Below are positions 25,200-39,088 of a DNA stretch of 64,000 nt, one piece after another. The notes beneath the pieces were generated by a model. It worked only from the letters and a program-made list of their open reading frames with translations, made no database searches and was not told where the DNA came from. The position numbers and the translations under genes are program-made. Each line of letters begins with the position of its first letter. Within the stretch, counting starts at the first letter, position 1. Origin of the DNA: Amphiscolops sp. MND2022 (lineage: Eukaryota); contig OZ076409.1 in the NCBI GenBank assembly GCA_964187785.1, forward strand, positions 21,144,001-21,208,000, written 5' to 3'.

Positions 25200-25600
25200 T
25201 GAGATCGAAGTAAAAATGTCAACGATAATGAGATCGAATTAAGGTTTTCAAACACTTAGCATGTTTTTGCCCGTCGGATATGCACTCATTTCCTCTAGTG
25301 CCCCGCGGCCCCTTGGGGCCGCTTATGTTCCCATCTTGCTAAGCGAGGTCAAACAGGAGCAAAAACCTAGCGAGAACGGAGATCGCGAAGCGATCGTAGT
25401 GGGTGCTGGTCTTTGCGACGGTGAGGGCGAGCGTGAATACACCATATATGGCCCCGTATTAGTTGGGGAAAAGTACCTAAAATATTTTAAACGCTTTGCA
25501 GGAGCAAAAACCTTGCAAAAACGGATCAATTCGACCTCAAAATTTTCGATCCATTTTCGATCTCGCTTTTCACTCACAAAAACATATAATTGATCGTTTC
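25200..25600. mobile_element. MITE with the same core and GATCGAA arms
   Basis: Core at 25276-25435; GAGATCGAA repeats on the left, TTCGATC repeats on the right. Boundaries approximate. Confidence 0.55.
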
Positions 25601-26499
25601 ATTGCTTGGCCACTCGAAAACGCCAAGCAACGTTTTAACTCTATTTTAAAACCAATTTTCTAAAAAAAATAAATATACAAACATAGAAAAAATTTTCGTT
25701 GTAAATCAAGGAGATAGCCAAAAGTGCATTTTTCGAGGAAGAACCCTAGAAATTTGCAAAATTGCACAGAAGGTTGCACTAATTGCTAATTGCTAATTGC
25801 CCTCATTGTTTTTTATAAGTGCTTATTGAAAGTGTATGCCTCAAAGTCTCAATTAATTGCCTTTGCATGCAATTAATTGCTTTTAAAGTTGCAATCTCTG
25901 CCTACACTATTGAACAATAGTTCTTTAGAATTGCTCTAACCGTTAAGGTACCAAGCAAGGTCTTCAATTTTTGATATTCTAGAATTAATGAAACTTCTCT
26001 GTCGACAGACCACTAAAATTGGTGAGAGATAGAATTTGTTATAAAAAGAATTGTCCTAGTAATGTAATGTTGGGATTCGAGAATCATTTTGACTTGGGCA
26101 GAACAATATTGACAAAAAACTGCCGTAAACTCTAAAGATATTCAAATAGTGAACATAAAATCAACGTTTTGTCAATTATGAACTCAACGCGCGTGTACTA
26201 AAAGTCATCGTTTATTAAACGGGCATCAAACATTATATAAAGTAACGATTATCAGCAAACTGTTTCAAATAGAGTTAATCCAAGATGTTTTTTTTATTGT
26301 TGGGTCTACTTTTTTTGACTGAAAAAACCACGTACCAAAGTTTCCTTCAAGGTGATTCTTTAATTTGAAAGATGCTTCGAAAAACTTCGTTCCCAACATA
26401 CCGTCCGCCTTTATTTCGCCTAGTAAATCAAATAAGAAGATTCTTTGACAATTGCTCAGAGACGGTTCCATAAACGTACCAATGCCCGAAGATGTCCGT

Positions 26500-29400
26500 G
26501 ATCTATTCCAAACTGTCATTGAGTAAGGGAAGCTTTCGTAGTTCGGCGACTCGCCTGTTGAAAATTGCGTTCGAAGTTTTCACTTTTACAACGCGTAGCA
26601 ACTTGTCGGATCCGCTATATACTTACAATATTCGACCGTGGGGCCACTGGAGCGGAGCAACATTATCAATTGTCAAGTATAGAAGATCACCGATTTCTAA
26701 AATTTTGCTTTCACTTATCCTCCTCAGACATTGCAAAGAAGAAACGTTCTTTTTTTGTCCAACGCATCCAAAAATTCCTTCGAACATTTTCCAAGAAAAA
26801 CAAACGATTTTGTGAAGACCATATTTTGATGTCATCTGGCACGCTGGATCTTTTCATTGGAAAAACTTCTAAGTTCCCATAGCAACAAAAATGTCCGGTG
26901 GTAAATGGTTGGAATCCTTTGGAAATTCTGAAAGCACGCCTAATGGTCTTGAGTTCGAGACCCATTCGATTTGGCAGAACAATGTTGTTAGTTCCTCAAA
27001 AAAGAGCACATTGTACCCCATAACTCTCATCAAAGGGTATTCGGCATTTTTATTGAGGCCTCCCATAGCCTTTTGAAATGAGGAGCAAGTTGCGGTATCA
27101 GATATCACTTCAACTTCAAAGTGGCAGTTTAAGCTTGGTAGGAACCTATGTGCTCGTTTTTTAGAGTATTCTGCAACAATTTAGTTTTGTTTGCTGCAAA
27201 GTTTGATCAATTGTCAGTTTATATCATAGTTGGGCAACCACTCCCGGCTGTAAAGCGACGTAGAGCAGCGATGCAAGCTTGTGTTTTTCAATCGGAAACG
27301 GCTTATAGGTGCGTTGCGCGACATTCGGAGCGAACGAAAAGAGCGAGGTATGCCTTTATTGATTGCTTTTGATTTTCCCTACAATCGAAGGACATCCAAA
27401 GTCAATTCCCACATGTTGAAATGCTTTTCTGGGCACGTCTGTTTGAAATTTAGGAAGGTCATCCATCAAGGGCATAGTGCCTTTTGTGGTAAATCGACTA
27501 CACTTCAAACAAATGAGAATAAATTTTTTGGGTTTACAACGACTGTCAGGGATCCAACAATTTGTTCGGTTCGATGCCAGAACCTGGCATGTGTCAGCAT
27601 GAAGAGTTTTTCATGAGCATTGGCTATTACCAATCGAGCAAATTGACTCCCAGAAGGAACAACTCTCTTGTACTTTGCCTCGACAGGCAAGTTCACTCGC
27701 ACAAGACGTCCATCCACAGACAAAACATGTTCGTGAGGAAATGGGCAGAGCTTTAAAATGTTACCGAATTTGTCCATTTGGATTTTAGTCTTAAACTTCG
27801 ATACCTCATCCATGTAGAACAAGCCCTGTTCTTGTCGTTGAAGAATGCACAGAGCTACAGCCCTTTCATCAGATGTTATATAACATGGAAAAATTTTGTC
27901 CTCTTCTCTGAACCGGGCAAGTGCTCTCTTAACAGTTGCAACAAGTCTCAGCGATTTTAAAAAGGATATTGTTTCGGTAAATCAACGACTGTTGTCACAA
28001 TTAATACAATTTGGTCCGGGTTGTTCTGCGTTACTTTATAATCTGCGCGTTTTAGTTCTTCTTTTGTCTCGCAAAACTGACGCTAAGCTGGAAGCTTGGC
28101 GGTGACCAACCACTGTGGACCAGACCACCAAAAAGAGTGATCTTTCAGCGCATGAGGATCAAATCATCTGGCTGCAGCATCAGCCCCGTACCTGCTCTCG
28201 GCACATGTCGCCAAGTAACATCCGCATTTTCCTGATTTTTAATTCTATTCAAAACGAAGGTAGACCATTGACTAGGTACCTTCAAAAGCAAAAACAATAC
28301 AATCGTAGATTCTGTCCATGCGTGTTTTGACTGAATTTTTATTTCCAACTTTTGAGAGACTTTTTAGTACAGCGTCCAAACGATTCACCGTCAACAGTGC
28401 AGCGCTTCATTCTAGTCGAGGAATGGATCAACGCGAAAACTTTTGATTTACCAGTCAGCAAGCTAGACCAAAAGTTACCTTCTGTGTCACAAGAAACAAC
28501 ATGAATGCAGGCCTCATAGCCTTTTCCGAGGCGTTGCAAAAGACGTGTAGACTCATCGCATGAAATTGCTCGTTACAAAGACCGATACATCAATAGTGAT
28601 TTCATTCAAAAGCATACACTTTGGCGTCCATTGGCAATAAAATTTCGAAACCTTAGGAGGAAGGTTTGCATCCCAGTCAGTTCTGCATTTCCAGACTTCT
28701 TGCATTAGCTGCTTCAGTTGCAAGATGACTGGCGAAAACGAACCAAGGGGGTTGAAAACATTAGCGCTATCACTCAGGATTCGTCGTTTGATAAACTTTT
28801 CGAATAAATCCAGCTTTGTTTGTTTGACTGTGAATGGGAATTTGTCCTTGATGCTTCAGACAATTGCCAAGTGTCTTGATAGTATGGTTCTCTTTCAGGA
28901 ACTGGAAGTTTCCAGTTGCCTCGCGATACTAAGGTGGAAGACCTTGGGTCAGTCTGGCATCACTACGTGTCCTTGTTTTAGGGACTCAATGAGACCATTC
29001 TGCAAAAATTTCACCTCTTTCAATTTTTTTTGCACCAGTTTGAATATCATCAACCGAGAAGTCGCGTTCAATGGTTTCCTTCACAATTTCAGGTGTAATC
29101 GGAAAGTTGGAACAATCAAGCATTGATCTGTTTTTATGAAATGAAGAACTTGCAACAACATTGGTTACTCGAGTCATTCGATATGTCAAAATTGGTTCAT
29201 TCGGTTTCATGCGCAATAGAATTCATTGCAAACTGCACTCTTCAAGAGGAAGCCCAGCGAAGCAGCAAGTTCAATTTTGGCAAGCTGAGCTTGCCCGCGG
29301 CACTTCTTGGTGAAAAATTTCTTCGCAAAGTAGTAGGATCACTCAATTCTACCTTCTTTTGTAATTTTCGATTGGAAACGGTTATTCTAGCAATTGCAAG

Positions 29401-29520
29401 GCAGCTACGTATGTCAAACTCGATAGCATTATCTTCCTTGACGTCAAATTAAGCACCATCTTCAGTTTCGAACCTAACTTCAAAAATTCCAACAACAAAA
29501 ATTGCGTCCATTCGTTGTCA
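26500..29520 (-). pseudogene. Degenerate BEL/Pao pol (RT, RNase H, integrase, C-terminal domain)
   Basis: YRMTRVT, DFSVDDI, KRRILSDSANVFNPLG, LLTGKSKV, WTESTIVL...FVLNRI, TWRHVP, VRRNFWMRW, QWPHGRI, KLLRVVKVKT: typical Pao motifs; many frameshifts. Confidence 0.85.
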
Positions 29521-31639
29521 TGTTGGAATGAACAGCTTCAGCTTTTCAAGGTTGGTCCGCAATATAAATTCCTGTCTTTACCAATGTGTCTAAACGGTTT
29601 CTAAACGCCTAATGCTCCTTTGTTGTCGCTTTGTACCTTGCATATTTGTTTGCGGTCTAATTGTTCTGCAGCGCGCTCGTCATATACCTAAATGAGCCTG
29701 GTTTTCATTTTATTTTCACTGAAAGATCTCAACTGTTACGCTGTAAATGTCCTTGTCGAGTAGTTCCAGATAAACCCACAACCAGATCTTGTCAATAGGC
29801 AACACTAGATTCACTGACCAACGTTTAAAAAAAGATAAAGCCACGAGGAGAATACGTCAGTTACACTAAGTCTTACGAGAAAACGCGAATATAAATCTAT
29901 CCAAATTTGGTTTTAGACGATTTTTTTCTGAACGATCCGCAGTTTTTTCTGTAAAAGTTGTTAACTTGGCCACCTTCAATTCTAAGCGAAGGCTTTGAAA
30001 GTGGAAGAAGACTTCAAAACTTGCGTTAAGGCGCCAATTTCCAGGAATCCTTATTAATGAAGCTGCAGATATTGATGTAGGAGAAAATCATCTTGTAGTT
30101 TTCAGAGCGAAATAAATTTTTTTGTAACTCCAATGATGATAATAATGGTTTATCGTACAATTTCGAAGACTTGGGGCGCTTCACATCTTTGGCAAAACAC
30201 ACTAGCTGCTGTTCGTTCCTTGTATTTCAGCAAAAAGCTCTGAGTTGACTTCTATCAAGACCAACAGAAGCTTTAGACTTTTGCCTGGTGAGACTGTTTT
30301 TGATATCGTTGTGCCAAATCACTCAACTTGTTTCTGACGTTCCAAGAGGTCTTAGACGTTGATAGGAGTTCTTTTGGAAGAAGTATTGTAACTTAGATTT
30401 AATGATGGGACTGCGGTGACAATTTTCCCAAGAATACGTTTTTCTCTAGTATGAAGTATATCCATTGTGTATATATCCTTCGAAGAACTTGAAAGAACAA
30501 TATACACCAGTTTGGTCTCAAAAGCTCACGAGCGAACAATGTCAATGGGAAAAGTCCCAGAAGTTTGCTGATTTTGCATTATCCGGAAGTATTGATGGGT
30601 TTTGTTTTTAAGTCCGGTCTGGATTTTGCGGTCGTTAAGGTCAAATAAATGTACAAGAGTTCTTTCGAAATGCTCTTATTGGGTTTTGGCTAAATTTCTA
30701 ACCTATTGTGAAATGCAATGTCTTCAAAATTTGATATTCTAGAGTTAACGAAGCGTTTCTGTCTATGACCACTAACAATTTGTGCGGTAAAACAAAAACT
30801 ACAAAAACAATTGTCCAAACTTTGTAAAACTCGGTATCGAGAAGCCACTTTGGCTTCGGCAAAACAGTATTGACAAAAAACTGCTGCAAACCTTTGCAGA
30901 TATTCAACAAACAAAACCATCGTTTTGTCAATGAAGAAACCCACGTTTTTAAAGTTTGAGTGGCTTTCCTGCAGCGCGTAGCTATTATGTGGTACTAAAA
31001 TGTCATCGTTCATTAAGTAGGGCATCAAACAGAGTCTATCAATGTATCAAGCAACGATTATCAGCAGAATGTTTAATATAAATATGCTCCAAGATGTTGT
31101 TTGTTATTGCGAGTCCAACTTCCTTTTGACTGAAAAAAACACGTTCCAAATAACGTTTAATGTATGGCTTCATTTTGAGACTTGGTTCGAAAACTTTCGG
31201 TGCCGACAACTTGCTTAATATATCTCGGGAATGAAAAATGTTGAATTCGAAGCAGCACCAAAAATAACGAATCGCGTGAAGTAAGTGTGGGTTCGAAGAC
31301 ACTTCGCCTAATGCATTGCTCAGTTCCAAAATTGAAAACATTTAGGCAACAAGACCCAGCCAAGAAAAATAACCGAACGTTACGGGAATGAACAGAAAAA
31401 TATTGCTTCGAGATCTTCGTTCCCGCTAGGTTTTTGCTCTTGTTTGAAGTCGTTCAGCAAGATGAAAACAAAAGCTGTCCCAGGGGGCGACTGTGCACTA
31501 GTGGAAAGGGATACATGTCCTTGTCACGTTTTCTAATTTTATTCATTTTCCGGTTCAAGTGATAAAAGACAGCGTATAGTTAAAACCATCTACACAGTTC
31601 GCGTGGAGTTATTAGGCTAAGTGGCGGCCACAAGTGGCG

Positions 31640-34600
31640 TGGCCTAATATCTTTTAGCGTATTAATTTACGTCCAAATTGCTTATGCGGAAGGAAAACAT
31701 TTGAATCAAAACTTTTTCTCACAAAAATTGACGTTCCAAAGTTATACTCATGTTGAAGAATGCCACCCATCAAATTATACTGGTGTAAATTTAGTATCAT
31801 GCACAGTGGATTCGGAGAGACTTCCGGACTCTTTCGGATTTCGGATGACTCCAAAAACACCAGAATGACCAAAAAGTTACCAGAATTTGAAAAAAAACAT
31901 CCGACAGCAAAATTTTCCGACTCTTGTCGTTTATTTGCAGTTTTTGTCACGTTTTCGACAGATTCCGGAGCTGAGAATGTTGGAAAATTTCAAAAAGGAA
32001 AAAACTCGATGTCCAAGAGGGTTTTTGAAGAAAGAAAATCCTCAAATTGGAACAAAAAATTATGAAAAAAAGTGCAAAAAAACTCATGTTTTCAAAGTTT
32101 TTATGCAATTTTTGTCCAACTTTCAGAAAAAGTGCTGGCTCAAAATGTCAAAAACGTTCAACAGGGACGAATTGATTTTCCAAGAGATTCCTTTGAAAAA
32201 ATAAATGAAATTTATTTGGAAAAGGTCTCATTTTCAGACCGAAACTGAAAAAGAATCAAAAACGTCCGATTTTTTGTTTTTTATGCAATTATTGTCAAAT
32301 TTTTGAAGAACTTGCTGGATGTTGAATGTTGAAAGTTCAACAACTAAGAATCTTGAAAACGTCCAAAAAAGGGAGAACTTAATGATCCGCGGGTATCTTT
32401 ATGAAGAAACAAACTAATTTCAGTTTTTCGATGAAAGAGATTCAAATTGCAGCCAAAATCGACAAAAATTCTATAAATCACCAATTTTTCACGTGTTTAT
32501 GCATTTTTCGTCAAATTTGCTAACCTTTTCGTATATCAAAACGTCGTAAACATTCAACAAAGTATGATATTGTTGTCCAAAAATGTTTTTTGGGAGGATA
32601 AATAGTTTTGTAGGGAAAAACTGTTAAAATGTGCCGGAAGCAGTCAAAAACCTCGCTTTTTTAAATTTCTATTTTTCTAACCCCTTTTTTGTTAAATTTT
32701 TAACGTTTTCATGGAATAAAACTTTGTAGCCGTTCAAAAACAACTAAATTTGGTGTCCAGTAGGACTATGAAAGTAACGAATGAAGTTTTTTTAAAAAAA
32801 TGTGTTCCAGTTTGACACTAAAGTTCCAAAATTCCAGATTATGTAGCTATTCACGATATTTAAGAACAATTCTCGAGCGTTTTTAATATTTAAAAAGTTC
32901 AAAACAACCAAAAGCGGAAAACTTGAAACATAAACGAATTGAGCAGATTCTGTGAAATTTTCGGAATGTTTCGAGTGCTAGAAAACATCAATGGTTTAAC
33001 CAGGATTGTAGTTAATATCCAGTTGAACTTTCTGAGATGTATTTGTCAATTTGTGTTGACCCTAGAAAATCTCCTAAACATCGAAGTTTCGACTTTTGAC
33101 GGAACACTTATGTTGGAAATTTCGTATTGTTCGTATTTTAGAGGAATAAGAACATTCAACAGCGAAAAATCGCAAAATCGAGTAAATTTTATGAAAATCA
33201 ATTGCATGTTCGAAAAAACTTCAAAATGACCCCCAAAATTATCAAGAAGTGCGAACTTTTCACAACTTTTCACATTTCAACGCAACTTTTCCGAATTTTG
33301 AATTGTCTTGTATATTAGAACGTTGGAAAGGTTGATCAACAACTGAATATTTTGTCCAGTAGGTTGTTTGAAAAAAGAAATACAGGTTATCGTTAGAGAT
33401 TTGCCTCAATTCCGCCCCAAACTATTGAAAACCGAAATCTTTTCAGTTTGTCGTTTTTTCTGCAATTTGTGTACACTTTTTGAAAATTTTTGTGACTTAA
33501 AAGGCCGAATTACCTGAGTAGTACGCTAGTGTAAGGAGAAAGTTCAAGTGTTTTGATTCAAAAACACTTCAAAAATGATTCTGATGTCAGAAATAAAAAA
33601 TCCAAAATCAACGTTTCTGAATGGTTTGAGCATTTTCCATCGTTTGAAGAATGGAAGCGTTCAAGACTAAACAAATGCGTTAGGCACTAGGATTGTTGAA
33701 AGTCAATTGAAATTTCACGTTAGAAAAGAGCCTCAAATTGACCTCAAATTGATGAAAATTATTTGTTGATTTTTGGGGTTGACGCCAAATTGTTTTTTTA
33801 AACAAATGTTGACGTTCCAAATTTACATTCGAGTTGAACGATTCCACCCATAAACTTCTACTTGTGTAAAACTAGTATCATGCAACGTAGTTTCGTAGAG
33901 ACTTCCGGACTCTTTCGGATGACGCCAAAAACCCCAGATTGCACAAAAACACCCCAAAAACTAAAAAATTGCAAAATTTCCCGACTCTTGTTGTTTATAT
34001 GCAGTTATTGTCGTTTTCGATAGATTTCGGGGCTGAGATTGTTGGCAATTTTCAAGAAGGAAAAATTTCGATGTTCAAGAAGGTTCTGAAAGAAAGAAAT
34101 CCTCAAATTGAGACAAAAAAATGTAAAAAATAGTGCAAAAAAATTCATGTTTTCAAAGTTTTTGTGCAATTTTTGTCAAATTTTCAAAAAAAGTGCTGGC
34201 TTAAAATGTCAAAAACGTTTAACAAGGAAGAAATTGTTTTCAAAAACTCCTTCGAAAAAATTAAAGAAATTTGTTTGGAAAATGTCTCATTTTCAGACCG
34301 AAACTGACAAAGAATCAAAATGTCAGATTTTTAATTTTTATGCAAATTTTGTCTAATTTATGAACAACTTGGTGAAACAAAATGTTGAAAACATCCAGAA
34401 AAGGAGAATTTTCGATCCGGGGGTTTTGTGAAGAAATGAATTAAACTCAGTTTTTCACTGAAAAAGGTTAAAACTGCAGCCAAAATAGATATAAATTCTA
34501 AAAACCATCAGCCTTTCTGGAGTTTCTGCAACTTTCGTCAAATTTTCTAAAATTTTCGAGAATCAAAACGTCGAAAATGTTACCATCGTATGAAATTGAT

Positions 34601-35700
34601 GTCCAAAAGTGTTTTTTGAGGCGATAAATACAGTTTTGTAGGGAAAAAACTGTCAAAATTAGCCGAAAGCAGTCGAAAATGTTATTTTTTTACTATTCCT
34701 AATTTTCTGACGCCCTCTTGTTAAATTCTTAACGTTTTCATGGATTAAAACTCTGAACCTGTTCAAAAACAACTGAAAATCCTGAGACCAGTAGAATATA
34801 AAAGTGATAAATGGAGTTTTTTTTTGAAAAAAACTATGCTTCAGTTTGACACTAGAAGTACTAAAGATTCCAGTTTATGTAGCAATTCACAATATTTAGG
34901 TACGGTTCTCGAGCTTTTTTGTAAATGAGAAAGTTCAAAACAAACATAAGCGAAAAATAGGTAGATAATATCCTTTTCTGATGAAATCTTTACAGTGATT
35001 TACAGCAGAAGCGACCTCAGTCAGCTAGAAAGCAAAAAATTGAAACTTTTAAAAGAATTGTGCAAGTTCTATAAAATTTTCAAAATGTTTCGAGTGTTAG
35101 AAAATAACAATGGTTTACCAAGGATTGTAGTTAATATTCAGTTGACTTTTCCGTGAAGTACTTCTCAATTAGTGTTCAGAAAATGTCTCTATATGACCGG
35201 AAGAAACTCTAAAACAACGAAGTTTCGACTTTTGCAGGAACACTTATGTTGAAAATTACGTAATTTTCGTATGTTAGAGGAATAAGAACATACAACAGCA
35301 AACAATCGCAAAATCGAGTAGCTTTTATGAATATCAACTGCAAGCTCGAAAAAACCTCGAAGTAGTGCTAAAAATCGACCGCAAATAAGTCAAAAAATCA
35401 AAGTCTAAATTTTGTTTTTTTAGTGACTTTCCGTGCAAATTTATGAAAAAGTTGATTAGTTAGGTTTTTGTATCCACTCAGGCCGACAAAAAACCAATAT
35501 GTGTTCAGTGTGTTCTCGAATTGTGTTTCCATCTGAAAAAGACTGACATTATTCAAAAAGTGTTAAAACATTTTTCATCAAACTTCTATACGTTTTCATA
35601 GTGCAATGGCTACTCTTGAGCCTCAAACTTATGTTGAGCCTAAAACAGTTTGGACGTAAAAAATAATTTTTGAGACATTTGCGCTAATAATTTCAAGCCA
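31640..35700. repeat. Non-coding AT-rich element with a diverged internal duplication (31728-33230 vs 33809-35360) and imperfect inverted ends
   Basis: Collinear copies with ~2.08-kb period; TTTACGTCCAAA near 31665 and TTTGGACGTAAA near 35650, with TGGC/GCCA outer ends. Confidence 0.6.
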
Positions 35701-36582
35701 ATTGACTCTACGTATAGTATTGCCTAGTTTTGTACAGTATCGTGGTGACTAGTGATACAGCCAAATTTACAAAATTGGTTTCAAGTACCAAAAATAGAAA
35801 ATAGGTTCTGTATGGAACTTTATTTATCTGAAAAATTTAGAACACTTGCTGTATAGCTCGGTCGCTTGGCTTCTTCGTCAAGTAACAACATTGAAATATG
35901 GCTATGAGGCACGTCGCGCCGCTTCGCTTCGCACCTGCATTTAGGGTACTAGGCGTATTTGAACAAAGCTGACTACGATATAATAATAGTTTGAAGATCT
36001 GCCAACTGAGCAATTTCCAGCCAAAACAGATTAGGCCAAGTGACCATTAACCCAAGATTTTTGACTTTAAAAAGTTAAGCCAAGTGATCAAATGTGTTAA
36101 GCCAAATGGTATTCGGCCAAGTGACCAAGTACCAAAGTGATAAAACAAGTCGACTTTCGGCAAAATGGAGTTATGCAAATGTCTTTTTTACCTAAGTGTG
36201 GCATAGGAAAATCAAGAAGAGAACAGTACAAAGATTGAGAAGTTTCAACAAAAATTAAAGTGTCTACATGATAGCCAGAGCACACAAGTAGCAAAAAAGA
36301 CTTGTAGAGCTGTTAACAGGGTTCTGGGCGTGCTTTTGCTTAGAGGAAGAAAATATTGTCCAAAATCAAGTTTAAAAGGTTTGAATTATGGGATTGTAGG
36401 CGCCTCAAACAATAATCAACAAAAACAGAACAAATTGTTGAATAAGTCATCTCCAAAGAGCTGTAAAAATTTCTGAACGGTCATTTTTTAGCAAAAATTC
36501 TGTAAAACGACACTATTGGACCTGAAACGCAACCTAGAAACTTTCTGATTTTTTTGTCTTTTTCGCCTCTCCGCAACTTAAT

Positions 36583-38530
36583 GAAACATTGAAACATTGA
36601 ACCATTGAATTTCATTGGATTAATATACATGACATACATTACGAGTATTCATAAATGTATACAAAATCCAATGTGGACACAAAATGAGCATCAGTGCCCT
36701 TCAAGTTTGTGCCCATTTGATCAATCTCAGCACAGTCTAGTATCAAAGTATTAAAAAAGCACTTCTAGAAAAATTTTTCCATCAAACCTCTGTTGTTCAT
36801 GATATTGACTGACAAAATGTCTTTGTTACACATTTTACCTTGGTTTTAGGTGAAATGTCCCAAGTTCTCCTCTGGAAAAAAATCAAAATCCAGCGAACCA
36901 ATTATAAGCTCTTATCATAGTATTCGACAACGATTTTTGCTCTGCTATTGTTCGGCTATAAGGTACATCCTTAACTGTCTTTTAACTGTCTGCCTAGTGT
37001 TTATTGACTTGCCTGTAGTGAAAGTTAGAGACAGTTCAAAGATGTTTCTTTTGAAAATTGCTTGAACAACTCTTAAATTACTACCACCAAGAAAAGTTCA
37101 AAAGCGTTGAGAATTTTGTGGTCTGCTAATACCTGGACCGTTGAATCAATCTTCTTTATGAAAAAAATTGCTCTCAATTTTCGCCTCTGAGCACATTCAA
37201 TTTTTTGTAAATTGGTTTCCGCTGCACTACCATAAACCAGCAAACCATAGCAGATAACAGATTTAGCTAAAGCGGTATAAAACTTTTTGGGACATTTCAA
37301 TGGATAAATGTGTCGAACTCTGTAAATAGGACCACAGAACTTATTTAGTTTTTTTTACTACACAATCTATGTGCTCTCGGAATAAGAGTTTATTAACCAA
37401 GTGAGTTCCAAGATACCTACAGGATGCTTTACAATCCAATTCACAGACCCCGATTTCAATTGCATCCGGTCTCCTATAACCAAAACACATTGCTTCACAT
37501 TTTTCAGGCCTAACTGTCACTTTGTTTGATGAGAAACAATCCCAATTTCTTGGCTAAGCAGAGGATCAAATTTTTTTCCTGATTTATTCAAAGTCGTATC
37601 GTCAGCAAACATTGCTACTTCTGCCTTCTCACATGAACCAGGAAGGTCATTGATGTATACAAGGAAAAAACGGTCCCAGAACAGATCCTTGTGGTACACA
37701 TGTTTGGACAATTAGTTTATCGGTTTCGATTTCATTCAATCTGACATATCGCTTTCGATCTTTCAAAAAACTTCTCTAAATCTTGTTGATTTTTCCTCTG
37801 AAACTGTAATATTTCAACGTGTGCAATAAAAATTCGTGATATAAGGTATCGAAAGCTTTTTTGAGGTCAATGAAGAAGCATGCTTGTCCAGTCATTTTTT
37901 GTCAGTTTGCTCCCGAGTATGTTCCGCTTCTTTAACGACAGCTCTAGTTTGTACACACCACATCTTTGGTCGAAACCCAAACTGGGCTGATGCGAGAACT
38001 TAATGCTTTGTGCAAAAAGACAATCATTCGTGTCAATAGAAGTCTTTCAAAAACCTTTTTGAGGGAACTTATCAACACTGATAAGGCGGTAGTTCTCTGG
38101 GATGTTTCTATCACCTTTTTTATACAGTTGAGTAATTTTTGCTAGTTTCATCCAATCTGTGTATATAGAAAATTCAATCATCTCATTGAATATTTTCGCC
38201 AGAATGGGTTCGATGACCGGTGAGCAACACTTGAGAAATTCATTTGATATTCCATCATGGCAACTACTTTTTTGATTTTTAGGTGCTTCAGAGTTCTCGC
38301 AACTTTTTGTGAATTTGTGGGAGTTGTAACCATTGTGTCGTTGATTCTGTTAATCATAATCTCATTATCAACTGGTTTAGTTTCTGCAGCGAAACAGAAG
38401 CAATCTTGGCGAAATATTCATTAATTGTACCCGAATCCAGTGGAAATTCACTAATCTCACCCTGTCGTTTTTTCTAGATTTGAGCGTTACATATATTTTA
38501 TTGGGACTATGATTTTTACAACTTAATGAC
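36583..38530 (-). pseudogene. Degenerate CR1/L2-type LINE ORF2
   Basis: ENYRLISV, QFGFRP, FIDLKKAFDT, VYINDLP...FADDT, YGLLVYGSA motifs; (TTCAATGT)n-like tail at 36583-36610. Confidence 0.85.
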
Positions 38531-39088
38531 TATTGTTGCGAAACTAGAATAGTTTTGTTTTTTTTATTGCTGGCTTTTTATTTATACACTGTCATGAACG
38601 TAAATTTAGAACTACGTAGGTGCTCGATGCACTCGAAATGACTAGTAGCAACCTTTACTTAGTAATTGAAAACAAACAACAAGGGTAATAAGGTCCTAAT
38701 CTTGCTCTTAGCTTTTCTTCCATCACCTAGATTTTTTTCCTGGAAACAATCAATGTTACCTCCTATCGTACCTACAAAAAGAAAAAAAACAAAGCTCCAG
38801 AAGTTTCTGAAAGTCAATGTTTGTAACTTTATTGTTTCAGTACTCATTGTTTGAGCTTTTCAGTTTTATGTATTGTATCATCCTGGATTTGAGACTTTCA
38901 CAAAAATTAAATCATTATGTGACTTTGGATTTTTGTTCGCCCTTTACAGATACAGGAATCTTCGGATCATTCAATAAGATATCTCTATTGTGATTATCTA
39001 CTTCTCGTAATCCTCAGGAATTCATCGGCCCAATGAATTCATCGGTCCAGTAATTAACTTAAATTAACAAAGATTTAGGTTTACGAAG

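Noticed and set aside
25261..25593. Similar ORFs at 23710-23994 and 25261-25593 as a gene family
   Set aside because: They are translations of the shared MITE core; other copies break the frame.
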